Source: Laetmonice hystrix (lineage: Eukaryota). Taken from it: DNA of 64,000 nt. This document shows, in pieces, positions 39,448-53,631 of the stretch. The notes under the pieces are model-generated. The model did no database searches. It was not told the DNA's origin and saw only the letters and a program-made list of their open reading frames with translations. Both the position numbers and the translations under genes were made by a program. The stretch is taken from assembly GCA_965235115.1 (NCBI GenBank), contig OZ249436.1:25732001-25796000 (forward strand), in the 5' to 3' direction. Positions within the stretch are counted from its first letter, which is position 1, and each line of letters opens with the position of its first letter.

Positions 39448-42438
39448 CACCGCACCAAATCATGTCCCTTACGGCGCAGCGTAATGTCACACTTCCCGCC
39501 CCCTTACGCTGCTTTACGCTTAGCGTAAGGGACTTCCCTCTGCTCGCCGTAAAGTCAATTGTAACGCACTGATGCGCACCCTTACGTCGAGCGTAAGGGG
39601 CTTCACGCCGCTAACCGTAAGGTGATATGTAACGCACTGATGCGCACACCTACGCTCGCCGTAAGGGGCTTCATTCCACTTAGCGTAAAGTCATATATGT
39701 AATGCACAGATATGCACTTTTATGTCCAGCTTAAAGGATCTTTTTGTCATATAGCCTACACCATTATAACAGCTTACCAACAGTGCATTAGGGTTCTCTT
39801 TGGATTTATAACAGCCGTATAATAAAGAAAATATATACTACTGTATGGCAAAGAAGACATGGATTTATGTCAGAAGTAGGCCTATACTTATATTAAAGTG
39901 TGTATTTTAGCACATCGTAGTGCCCTACAATGTGCCATGGTGCTTATAGGTATAGACCCACATCTATATAGGTCAATTTTAGCCGTGGTCACTCAAGCCT
40001 GGCACGCTTTGGTCACCTAGAGGCAGTGAAGGAACCGTCACGCATCACCGGTATGACTGGTCAGGCCAACATGCCCAGCTTCTACCCTCTCGCGCGTTTG
40101 TCCTCCATCCTCTGGTACACAAGCTAGTACGTACACCAGTATACGGTAGTGCTGAGTGTGGAAGGTTATTACCAGATAGTGGATAGATCACAGCCTCTCA
40201 ACTTGCAATCAATCTGCAGAACCGTTTTGTCCTGTAGATTATCCCTATATTTCACATCATTAGTATAATATTATTCAGTTGACCGAGAGGTCAGTTAATT
40301 ATTTAACCTTATACTGGACAACGAGATCAAAACACTCGTTCAGCAATAAAAGTTTCTTTTTGCCTCACTATATTATCTACATATATTTTAACCAACGTAT
40401 GTGGAAGGGCGACATTAAATCTTATGGTACGGCTGTATTATTATCATGGATTGAGACAGATTTGGTTTGCTTATCTGGGCCTTTACAGTATGTATAGACC
40501 TAGTACACAATTCATGTTGTGCATGTGAATGGGGCTTTAATGTGTAGCAAGGAGATATTGAGGTTTGACGGACAGGTACTGTGATACTGCGACTTTTTAA
40601 TCTGTCTCAGTCTGTGGTCTCAGTCCAGTGACTGACGACCCCAACCTGAATGATGTCGGAGACCAATGCCTGAGCGACATATACAAAACAGAGATGCAAT
40701 ATCGACGGTCACCACAATAGTTGGACCATTTCGACTGATGATGGATCTCGTCTCAAAGACAAAAGCACAAAACGAAGCAACATTAGAGGAGCCGTCAATC
40801 CACTTTGGCCCACCAGGTCTTAACTAGGAAAAACAGCCGTTTACATTAATCATAGGAATATAATTATTTGGAGCCACCAGGAAATCATGTTGAAAATCTG
40901 TCCACACACGACCATCATACACGTCTGCATAGCAGTCTGAACGGAACTGGCCAGCTTCTCCAATGTTAGCACTGATCTATCGTTTCTTTGTAGTAATATT
41001 TGCACGATAGGCTGTCAGCAATATACATACACTTTTATGGGACAAAAGTTCTGAAGTCACCACTTCTTCCAATATCTCGGACCCACATGCTACACTCTTG
41101 CCTCTCTTGCTGATCATATTACTGCATTTTTTGCCTTCCTCCCTGCCTCCGAACTTTTAGAATTAGTTCATTGATAGTGTGAGATATATTTCCAAGCACT
41201 GTGGACATACAAAATGACCATGTCTATGCCGAAATACCTTCGAAGAAGGTATAAACTTCGCTATTTTTGCTAAAACACTTAAAATCATCAATAGGCTATA
41301 GTATAGTATGACTTGCGTTCACTTGCACAACCGTGATAATCGAACTCTGTCAGGGTGACACCAATAGCATTTCGATGATCATTCAATAGTTCTAATCCAA
41401 ATTGTATTTAATCTTATGCTTTAATATGTCATCATCAGAATGTAGTACGTATCATCATTCTCTTCACTGTCCATAATATCATATTTGTATTGTTCAGCCC
41501 ATTTAGGGGCCAACCCCCTACATTAGGTAAACAGGTAGAGGTTTTGTTTGTCCAACAATCCCTGCTACATCTGCCCATTACACAGCTCAGTGTACTCAAT
41601 ATTCTCTCAGCATTGGCTAGTATTGCACCTAGCGATGTGTCAGCTGACACTGGGCGAGGTAGCCTCATCAGTTGAGGAGTTGGGGCCACCAGTTTAACCC
41701 TGTTAGCCTGTACTGTGCTGCAAACGCGCTGGAGGGTAGAAGCTAAGATCTGTTGACCTGACCAGTCAGACCGGTGGTGCGTGACGGCCTCTTGACTGAC
41801 CAAAACTTGTCCTTGGGCCAGGCTTGAGTGAGCAGGGCTGGAATTGACCTATATAGCACCTTGGTAAAGAAAATATACCCCCGCCCACCTGCCTGCTACA
41901 GCTATGAGATGAAGTGACCAGCACATTCATAAGCCATATACATATTCTATGGCACTAAAAGACACACATTAAGTATAATCCTGACATTATAATTCCAGCT
42001 CTTGTTTGTCATACAGTAGTAAATATATTCTTTTATTATACTTGGGTGTTATAAATCCAATTATAATTTTATAATTATAATTATAAATCCAAAGGGAACC
42101 ATAAGGCACTGTTAGTAGGTTGTTGTAATGGCGCATGACAATAAGGTCTGCCTAAGGTAGTCCTTTAAGCTGGGAGTGAAGGTGTGCATCAGTGCGTGAC
42201 ATACGACTGTCCAGTGAGTCCCTTACGACAGGCATGGGTGTGCGCATTAGTCGTTACATGTCACCTTACGGTGAGCGGCGTGAAGCCCCTTACGCTCGAC
42301 GTAAGGGTGCGCATCAGTGCGTTACAATTGACTTTACGGCGAGCAGAGGGAAGTCCCTTACGCTAAGCGTAAAGCAGCGTAAGGGGGCGGGAAGTGTGAC
42401 ATTACGCTGCGCCGTAAGGGACATGATTTGGTGCGGTG
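39448..42438. mobile_element. CAC...GTG long-TIR non-autonomous DNA transposon (CMC/EnSpm- or Transib-like termini)
   Basis: About 210 bp of near-perfect TIR (CACCGCACCAAATCATGTCCCTTACGG...), with degenerate inverted similarity continuing to about 40110/41700. No TSD and no transposase. Confidence 0.8.
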
Positions 42439-44161
42439 AAATAGGAAGTCATGGATGCTCTTTCAGTTGACGCCAAGTTTGATGACGTAGCATGACGTAT
42501 GACGTCATAATGAGGTCATCAATATTTTCTAGGGCCTATAACTCCTAAATTGTGGGAGATAAAGCCATGGTTACTATTGAACATGAATAGGAAGTCATAC
42601 ATGCTCTTTCATTTGACACCAACATTTATTAGGTAGCGTGACGTATGACGTCATAATGACGTCATTGGTATCTTCTATGGCCTATAAGTCGAAAACAGTG
42701 CAAGATAGGACCATAGTTACTATTAAACACGAATAGGAAGTCATACATGCTCTTTCAATTGAGGCCAAGTTTGATGACGTAGCGTGACGTATGACGTCAT
42801 AATGACGTCATCAGTACTTTCTAGGGCCTATAACTTTTAAACGGCGGGAGATAAAGCCACAGTTACTATTGAACACGAATAGGAAGTCATGCATGCTCTT
42901 TCAACTGAGGCCAAGTTTAATGACGTAGCATGACGTATGACGTCATAGTGGCGTTATCTATATTTTCTAAGGCCTATAACTCCTAAACGGTGGGAGATAA
43001 AGCCATGGTTACTATTGAACATGAATAGGAAGTCATACATGCTCTTTCATTTGACACCAACATTTATTAGGTAGCGTGACGTATGACGTCATAATGACGT
43101 CATTGGTATCTTCTATGGCCTATAAGTCGAAAACAGTGCAAGATAGCACCATAGTTACTATTGAACACGAATAGGAAGTCATACATGCTCTTTAATTGAG
43201 GCCAAGTTTGATGACGTAGCGTGACGTATGACGTCATAATGACGTCATCAATACTTTCTAGGGCCTTTAACTCCTAAACGGTTGGAGACAAACCCATGGT
43301 TACTATTGGACATGAATAGGAAGTCATACATGCTCTTTCAATTGACACCTACATTTACTAGGTAGCGTGACGTATGATGTAATAATGACGTCAGGAATCC
43401 TATCTCGGTCGTTTTTCAAGATATCTAAGTCAAACTTGATGGACATGTTGATAGTCACCAACTCTGTTTTGACAATGAGTCATGACGTCACATGACGTAA
43501 CGTCATGACGTACAATGACGTCATCAATATTTTGTAGGGCCTATAATTCCTAAACAGTTGGAGATAAAGCCATGGTTACTATTGAACATGAATAGGAAGT
43601 CATACCTGCTCTTTCAATTGACGCCATTATTTTTTTAGGTAGCGTGACGTATGATGTCATAATGACGTCATTGATATCTTATATGGCCTATAAGTCGAAA
43701 ACAGTGCAAGATAGGACCATAGTTACTATTGAACACGAATAGGAAGTCCTACATGTTCTTTCAATTGAGGCCAAGTTTGATGACGTAGCGTGACGTATGA
43801 CGTCATAATGACGTCATCAGTATTTTCTAGGGCCTCTAACTCTCAAACGGTGGGAGATAAAGCCACAGTTACTATTGAACACGAATAGGAAGTCATGCAT
43901 GCTCTTTCAACTGAGGCCAAGTTTAATGACGTAGCATGACGTATGATGTCATAGTGGCGTTATCTATATTTTCTAAGGCCTATAACTCCTAAACGGTGGG
44001 AGATAAAGCCATGGTTACTACTGAACATGAATAGGAAATCATACATGCTCTTTCAATGACACCAACATTTATAAACGTCATAATGACCTTACTAACTCAT
44101 AGGGACATGCCCCCCAAGGGATGGGATCCATCGTGGTTTTCACCACGACAGGTCTAGTTAT

Positions 44162-44424
44162 TATTATCCCATCCCCAATCCAGGGGATGGGATCTAGAAA
44201 TTGTGTGGTTTCGGTTTCCGTATTATTATTATCCCATCCCCAATCCAGGGGATGGGATCTAGAAATTGTGTGGTTTCGGTTTCCGTATTATTATTATTAT
44301 CCCATCCCCAATCCAGGGGATGGGATCTAGAAATTGTGTGGTTTCGGTTTCCGTATTATTATCCCATCCCCAATCCAGGGGATGGGATCTAGAAATTGTG
44401 TGGTTTCGGTTTCCGTATTATTAT
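44162..44424 (+). repeat. Four tandem Helentron 5' heads (loop AATCCA)
   Basis: TATCCCATCCCCAATCCAGGGGATGGGATCTAGAAATTGTGTGGTTTCGGTTTCCG(TAT)n x4, identical except for TAT number. Confidence 0.95.
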
Positions 44425-47400
44425 TTGCGTAGTAGTAGTAGTAAACAATTTGTTAACAGGGTCATTTAACAGGGCCATAACTCGGTCATTTTTCAAGATA
44501 TCTAAGTCAAACTTGATGGGTATGTTCACAGTCACCAACTCTGATGTGACAATGAGTCATGACGTCACATGACGTAACGTCATGACGTCATGACGTTATT
44601 CGTGTTGTGAATATTAGGACAGTTTTCAAGGTCATTATGGATAGTCTTGAGGAACTCATGACACTGACAAAATTGGGCAAGGACCTAATTCATATTTTGC
44701 AAAAATTTTGACCTTTAACCTTTGACATGTCTGAAATCTAGGTCAAAGGTCAGAAAATACTTAAAACCTATCTTCTTCCTCAATTTTCATTAAAATTTTA
44801 TGAAATTGCATAGGGATGGTCTCTAACGAGAGCATCAAAGGAATCCGCTTCGCTACCATTGATTTGACCTATATTCGCTGAGTCACGTGACTTCAAAATT
44901 TTGAACAGTGGTCAATTTGGCTATTTATGGCTATAACTCATAAACGGTGCCAGAAAGGGCCATAGTTACTATTGAACACGAATAGGAAGTCATGCATGCT
45001 CTTTCAGTTGACGCCAAGTTTGATGACGTAGCGTGACGTATGACGTCATAATGACGTCATTAGTATATTCTAGGGTCTATAACTCCTAAACGGTGGGAGA
45101 TAGAGCCATGGTTCCTATTGAACACAAATAGGAAGTCATGGATGCTCTTTCAGTTCACGCCAAGTTTGATGACGTAGCGTGACGTATGACGTCATAATGA
45201 CGTCATCAGTATTTTCTAGGGTCTATAACTCTTTAACGGTGGAAGATAGAGCCATGGTTACTATTGAACACAAATAGGAAATCATGGATGCTCTTTCAAT
45301 TGAGGCCAAGGTTAATGAGGCAGCTGACGTATGACGTCATAATGACGTCAGCAATATTTTCTAAGGCCTATAACTCCTAAACGGTGAGAGATAAAGCCAT
45401 GGTTACTATTGAACATGAATAGGAAGTCATACATGCTCTTTCAATTGACACCAACATTTATTAGGTAGCGTGACGTATGACGTCATAATGACGTCATTGG
45501 TATCTTCTATGGCCTATAAGTCGAAAACAGTGCAAGATAGCACCATAGGTACTATTGAACACGAATAGGAAGTATTACATGTTCTTTCAATTGAGGCCAA
45601 GTTTGATGACGTAGCGTGACGTATGACGTCAAAATGACGTCATCAGTATTTTCTAGGGCCTATAACTCTTAAACGGTGGGGGATAAAGCACACAGTTACT
45701 ATTGAACATGAATAGGAAGTCATGCATGCTCTTTCAACTGAGGCCAAGTTTAATGAAGTAGCATGACGTATGACATCATAGTGGCGTTATCTATATTTTC
45801 TAAGGCCTATAACTCCTAAACGGTGGGAGATAAAGCCATGGTTACTACTGAACATGAATAGGAAATCATACATGCTCTTTCAATTGACACCAACATTTAT
45901 AAACGTCATAATGACCTTACTAAGTCATAGGGACATGCCCCCCAAGGGATGGGATCCATCGTGGTTTTCACCACGACAGGTCTAGTTATTATTTGCGTAG
46001 TAGTAGTAGTAGTAAACAATGTTAACAGGGACAAAAGGGGTCATAACTCAGTTGTTTTTCAAGATATCTAAGTCAAACTTGAGTGACAAAATTGGGCAAG
46101 GACCTAATTCATATTTTGCAAATATTTTGACCTTTGACCTTTGACATGTCTGAAATCTAGGTCAAAGGTCAGAAAATACTTAAAACCTATCTTCTTCCTC
46201 AATTTTCATTAAAATTTTATGAAATTGCACAGGGATAATCTCGAAGGAGAGTTTCAAAGGAATCCGGTTCGATACAATTGATTTGGCCTATATTCGCTGA
46301 GTCACGTGACTTCAAAGTTTTGAACAGTGGTCAATTTGGCTATTCATGGCTATAACTCATAAACGGTGCCAGAAAGGGCCATAGTTACTATTGAACACTA
46401 ATAGGAAGTCATGCATGCTCTTTCAGTTGACGCCAAGTTTGATGACGTAGCGTGACGTATGACGTCATAATGACGTCATCACTATTTTCTAGGGCCTTTA
46501 ACTCCTAAACGGTGGGAGATATACCCATGGTTACTATTGGACATGAATAGGAAGTCATACATGCTCTTTCAATTGACACCTACATTTATTAGGTAGCGTG
46601 ACGTATGACGTAATAATGACGTCAGGAATCATATTTCCATCGTTTTTCAAGATATCTAAGTCAAACTTGGTGGACATGTTGATAGTCACCAACTCTGATT
46701 TGACAATGAGTCATGACGTCACATGACGTAACGTCATGACGTACAATGACGTCATCAATATTTTGTAGGACCTATAACTCCTAAACGGTTGGAGCTAAAG
46801 CCATGGTTACTATTGAACATGAATAGGAAGTCATACATGCTCTTTCAATTGACACCAACATTTATTAGGTAGCGTGACTAATGACGTCATAATGACGTCA
46901 TTGGTATGTTCTATGGCCTATAAGTCGAAAACAGTGCAAGATAGGACCATAGTTACTATTGAACACGAATAGGAAGTCATACATGCTCTTTCAATTGAGG
47001 CCAAGTTTGATGACGTAGCGTGACGTATGACGTCATAATGACGTCATCAATATTTTCTAGGGCCTTTAACTCCTAAACGGTGGGAGATATACCCATGGTT
47101 ACTATTGGACATGAATAGGAAGTCATACATGCTCTTTCAATTGACACCCACATTTTATTAGGTAGCGTGACGTATGACGTAATAATGACGTCAGGAGTCA
47201 TATCTCGGTCGTTTTTCCAGATATCAAAGTCAAACTTGGTGGACATGTTGATAGTCACCAACTCTGATTTGGCAATGAGTCATGACGTCACATGACGTAA
47301 CGTCATGACGTACAATGACGTCATCAATAGTTTCTAGGGCCTATAACTCCTAAACGGTGGGAGATAAAGCCATGGTTACTATTGAACATGAATAGGAAGT

Positions 47401-50400
47401 CATACATGCTCTTTCAATTGACACCAACATTTATTAGGTAGCGTGACGTATGACGTCATAATGACGCCACTGGTATCTTCTATGGCCTATAAGTCGAAAA
47501 CAGTGCAAGATAGGACCATAGTTACTATTGAACACGAATAGGAAGTCCTACATGCTCTTTCAATTGAGGCCAAGTTTGATGACGTAGCGTGACGTATGAC
47601 GTCATAATAACGTCACCGATATCTTCTAGGGCCTGTAACTCTTAAACGGTGGGAGATAAAGCCATGGTTACTATTGAACATGAATAGGAAGTCATGCATG
47701 CTCTTTCAATTGACACCAACATTTATAAGATAGCGTGACGTATGACGTCATAATGACGTCATTGGTGTCTTCGATGGCCTATTACTCTAGAACGGTGGGA
47801 AATAAAGCCATGGTTACTATTGAACACGAATAGGAAGTCATACATGCTTTTTCAATCGAGGCCAAGTTTGATGACATAGCGTGACGTATGACGTCATCAA
47901 TATTTTCTAAGACCTACAACTCCTAAACGGTGGGAGATAAAGCCATGGTTACTATTGAACCTGAATAGGAAGTCATGCATGCTCTTTCAATTGACACCAA
48001 CATTTATAAGATAGCGTGACGTATGACGTCATAATGACGTCATTGGTGTCTTCGATGGCCTATTACTCTAGAACGGTGGGAAATAAAGCCATGGTTACTA
48101 TTGAACACGAATAGGAAGTCATAGATGCTCTTTCAATTGACACTAACATTTATAAGATAGCGTGACGTATGACGTCATAATGACGTCATTGGTGTCTTCG
48201 ATGGCCTATAATTCAAGAACAGTGCAAGATAGGACCATAATTACTATTGAACACAAACAGGAAGTCATATGTCATTTTATTCGAAGCCAAGTTTGATGAC
48301 GTAATGTGACGTATGACGTAATGATGACACCATCAATATTTTCTAAGGCCTTGAACTCCTAAGTGGTGGGAGATAAAGCCATGGTTACTATTGAACATGA
48401 ATAGGAAATCATACATGCTCTTTCAATTGACACCAACATTTATAAACGTCATAATGACCTTACGAAGTCATAGGGACATGCCCCCCAAGGGATGGGATCC
48501 ATCGTGGTTTTCACCACGACAGGTCTAGTTTGCGTAGTAGTAGTAGTAGTAGTAGTAGTAGTAAACAATGTGTTAACAGGGGTCATAACTCGGTCATTTT
48601 TCAAGATATCTAAGTCAAACTTGGTGGGCATATTGCCAGTCACCAACTCTGATCTGACAATGAGTCATGACGTCACATGACGTAACGTCAGGACGTCATT
48701 CGTGTTGTGACTATTTGGACGACTTTCAAAGTCAATATGGATATTTTCCAGGAACTGATAACACTGTTAGAATTGGGCAAGGACCTAATTCATATTTTGG
48801 AAATATTTTGACCTTTGACCTTTGACATGTCATAAAACTAGGTCAAAGGTCAGAAAATGCTTAAATCCCTACTTCTTCCTCAATTTTCATTAAAATTTTA
48901 TGAAATTGCACAGGGATGGTGTGTAACGAGAGTTTCAAAGGATTCAGGTTAGCTACAGTTGATTTGACCTATATTCGCTGAGTCACGTGACTTCAAAGTT
49001 TTGAACAGTGGTCAATTTGGCTATCTATTGCTGTAACTCATAAACGGTGCCACAAAGGGCCATAGTTACTATTGAACACGAATAGGAAGTCATGCATGCT
49101 CTTTCAATTGAGGCCAAGTTTGATGACGTCGCGTGACGTACGACGTCAATATGACGTCATCAATATTTTCTAGGGCCTATAACTCCTAAACGGTGGGAGA
49201 TAAAGCCATGTTTACTATTGGACATGAATAGGAAGTCATACATGCTCTTTCAATTGACACCAACATTTATTAGGTAGCGTGACGTATGACGTCATAATGA
49301 CGTCATTGGTATCTTCTATGGCCTATAAGTCGAAAACAGTGCAAGATAGGACCATAGTTACAATTGAACACGTATAGGAAGTCATACATGCTCTTTCAAT
49401 TGAAGCCAAGTTTGATGACGTAGCGTGACGTATGACGTCATAATGACATCATCAATATTTTCTAGGGACTATAACTCTTAAACGGTGGGAGATAGAGCCA
49501 TGGTTACTATTGAACACAAATAGGAAGTCATGGATGCTCTTTCAACTGAGGCCAAGTTTAGTGACGTAGCATGACGTATGACGTCATAATGACGTCATTT
49601 GTATCTTCTATGGCCTATAACTCAAGAACGGTGCAAGATAGGACCATAGTTACTATATAACACAAATAGGAAGTCATATCCCTTTTATTTGAAGCCAAGT
49701 TTGATGACGTAGTGTGACGTATGACGTCATAATTACGTCATCAATATTTTCTAAGGCCTATAACTCCTAAACGGTGGCAGATAAAACCATGGTTACTATT
49801 ACACATGAATATGAAGTCATACATGCTCTTTCAAATGACACCAACATTTATTAGGTAGCGTGACGTATGACGTCATAATGACGTCATTTGTATCTTCTAT
49901 GGCCTATAACTCGAGAACGGTACAAGATAGGGTCATAGTTACCATTGGATACGAATAGGAAGTCATGCGTGCTCTTTTGATTGACACCAAGTTAAAGGAT
50001 GTAGCGTGACGTATGACGTCATAATGACGTCATCAATATTTTCTAAGGCCTATAACTCCTAAACAGTGGGAGATAAAGGCATGGTTACTATTGAACATGA
50101 ATAGGAAGTCATATCTGCACTTTCAAATGACACCATTATTTATTAGGTAGCGTGACGTATGACGTCATAATTACGTCATTGTATCTTCTACGGCCTATAA
50201 CTCAAGAACGGTGGGAGATAGAGCCATGGTTACTATTAAACATGAATAGCCTAGGAAGTCATAGATGCTCTTTTAATTGACACCAACATTTATAAGATAG
50301 CGTGATGTATGACGTCATAATGACGTCATTGGTGTCTTCTATGGCCTATAATTCAAGAACGGTGCAAGATAGGACCATAATTACTTTTGAACACAAACAC

Positions 50401-53260
50401 GAAGTCATATGCCATTTTATTCGAAGCCAAGTTTGATGACGTAGTGTGTCGTATGACGTCATAATGACATCATCAATATTTTCTAGGGCCTTCAACTCCT
50501 AACTGGTGGGAGATAAAACCATGGTTACTATTGAACATGAATAGGAAATCATACATGCTCTTTCAATTGACACCAACATTTATAAACGTCATAATGACCT
50601 TATTAAGTCATAGGGACATGCCCCCCAAGGGATAGGATCCATCGTGGTTTTATCCACGACAGGTCTAGTTATTTGCGTAGTAGTAGTAGTAAACAATTTG
50701 TTAACATGGTCATTTAACAGGGCCATAACTTGGTCATTTTTCAAGATATCTAAGTCAAACTTGGTGGGTATGTTCACAGTCACCAACTCTGATGGGACAA
50801 TGAGTCATGACATCACATGACGTAACGTCATGACGTCATGACGTTATTCGTGTTGCGAATATTAGGACGGTTTTCAAGGTCATTATGGATACTCTTGAGG
50901 AACTCATGACACTGACAAAATTGGGCAAGGACCTAATTCATATTTTGCAAAAATTTTGACCTTTGACCTTTGACATGTCTGAAATCTAGGTCAAAAGTCA
51001 GAAAATACTTAAAACCTATCTTCTTCCTCAATTTTCATTAAAATTTTATGAAATTGCATAGGGATGGTCTCTAACGAGAGCTTCAAAGGAATCCGCTTCG
51101 CTACCATTGATTTGACCTATATTCGCGGAGTCACGTGACTTAAAAGTTTTGAACAGTGGTCAATTTGGCTATCTATTGCTATAACTCATAAACGGTGCCA
51201 GAAATGGCCATAGTTACTATTGAACACGAATAGGAAGTCATGCATGCTCTTTCAGTTGACGCCAAGTTTGATGACGTAGCGTGACGTATGACGTCATAAT
51301 GACGTCATCAGTATTTTCTAGGGTCTATAACTCCTAAACGGTGGGAGATAGAGCCATGGTTACTATTGAACACAAATAGGAAGTCATGGATGCTCTTTCA
51401 ATTGAGCCCAAGTTTATTGACGTATCGTGACGTATGACGTCATAATGACGTCATTGGTATCTTCTATGGCCTATAACTCAAGAGCAGTGCAAGATAGGAC
51501 CATAGTTACTATTGAACACGAATAGGAAGTCATGCATGCTCTTTCAGTTGACGCCAAGTTTCATGACGTAGCGTGACGTATGACGTCATAATGACGTCAT
51601 CAATGTTTTCCAAGACCTATAACTAAATGGTGGGAGATAAAGCCATGGTTACTATTTAACACGAATAGGAAGTCATGCATGCTCTTTCAGTTGACGCCAA
51701 GTTTCATGACGTAGCGTGACGTATGACGTCATAATGACGTCATTGGTATCTTCTATGGCCTATAACTTAAGAATGGTGGAACATAGTACCATAGTTACTA
51801 TTGAACACGTATAGGAACTCATATATGCCTTTTTGATTGAAGCCAAGTTTGATGACGTAGTGTGACGTATGACGTCATAATGACGTCATTGGTATTTTCT
51901 ATGGCCTATAACTCAAAAACGGTGCAAGATGGGGCCATAGTTACTATTGAACACGAATAGAAAGTCATAGATGGTCTTTCACTGGACACCAAGATTCATG
52001 ACGTAGCATGACGTATGACGTCATAATGACGTTATTGCCATGTCATAGGCCCTATAGCTTGTAAACGGTGGGATATGGAGCCATGGTTGCTATTGAACAT
52101 GAATAGGAAGTCATACATGCTCTTTCGATTGACATCAACATTTATCAGGTTGCGTGACGTATCGTATGACGTCATAATGACGTAATTGGTATTTCTATGG
52201 CCTATAACTCGAGAACGGTGCAAGATAGGACCATAGTTACTAGTGAGCACAAATAGGAAGTCATATATGCCCTTTCAATCGAAGTCAAGTTTGATGACCT
52301 AGTGTGACGTATGACGTCATAATTAAGTCGTCAATATTTTCTAAGGCCTATGACTCCTAAACGGTGGGAGATAAAGCCATGATTACTATTGAACGCGAAT
52401 AGGAAGTCGTACATGCTTTTTCAAATGACACCATTATTTATTAGGTAGCATGACGTATGACGTCATAATGACGTCATCAATATGTTCTAAGGTCTATAAC
52501 TCCTAAACGGTCGGAGATAGCGCCATGGTTACTATTGAACATGAATAGGAAGTCATAGATGCTCTTTTAATTGACACCAACATTTATAACATAGCGTGAC
52601 ATATGACGTCATAATGACGTCATTGGTGTCTTCTATGGCCTCTAATTCAAGAACAGTGCAAGGTAGAACCATAATTACTGTTGAACACAAAAAGGAAGTC
52701 ATATGCCATTTTATTCAAAGCCAAGTTTGATGACGCAGTGTGACGTATGACGTAATGATGACATCATCAATATTTTCTAAGGCCTTTAACTCCTAACTGG
52801 TGGGAGATAAAGCCATGGTTACTATTGAACACGAATAGGAAGTCATACATGCTCCATCAATTGACACCAACATTTATAAACGTGATAATGACCTTACTAA
52901 GTCATAGGGACATGTCCCCCAAGGGATGGGATCCATCGTGGTTTTATCCACGACAGGTCTAGTTTGCGTAGTAGTAGTAGTAAACAATTTGTTAACAGGG
53001 TCATTTAACAGGGCCATAACTCGGTCATTTTTCAAGATATCTAAGTCAAACTTGGTGGGTATGTTCACAGTCACCAACTCTGATGTGGCAATGAGTCATG
53101 ACATCACATGACGTATCTTCTATGGCCTATAACTCAAAAACGGTGGAAGATGGGGCCATAGTTACTATTGAACACGAATAGGAAGTCATAGATGGTCTTT
53201 CACTGGACACCAAGATTCATGACGTAGCATGACGTATGACGTCATAAACGGTGCCAGTAA

Positions 53261-53407
53261 TATGGTTAAAACATCTGTTTATTATCACCTCACTCGTGTA
53301 CACACCACGTCCATGCGTCCCCCGCTGTAGTCTCTTCTAGCGCCCTCTGGCGTCCCGGCTGGGCCGCCCCCATGGCCATCTGGTGGGGGACTAGAGAACT
53401 ATTAACA
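53261..53407 (-). repeat. 3' LTR of the copia element (outer end eroded by a few bp)
   Basis: Direct repeat of 58162-58312; begins TATGGTT instead of TGTTAATGGTT on the plus strand. Confidence 0.9.
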
Positions 53408-53631
53408 CTAAATAAAATGTCTTTTTTTTTTTTCTTTTCTTTCTTTCTTTTTTTTTTTTTTTTTTTTTTGTTGTTGCAAGGTAGTGAAGTATTAAGATAG
53501 GAAATAAATGTCTAGTGGAAGGAAAATTGGATTTAAAAAAAAAACAACTAGTACTACCGTCAAGAGAATATGGAATTGGACGGTAAGAGAATAAGGCGAT
53601 CACTGGGTTAGACTGCCCTCCTGCCTGGGGA

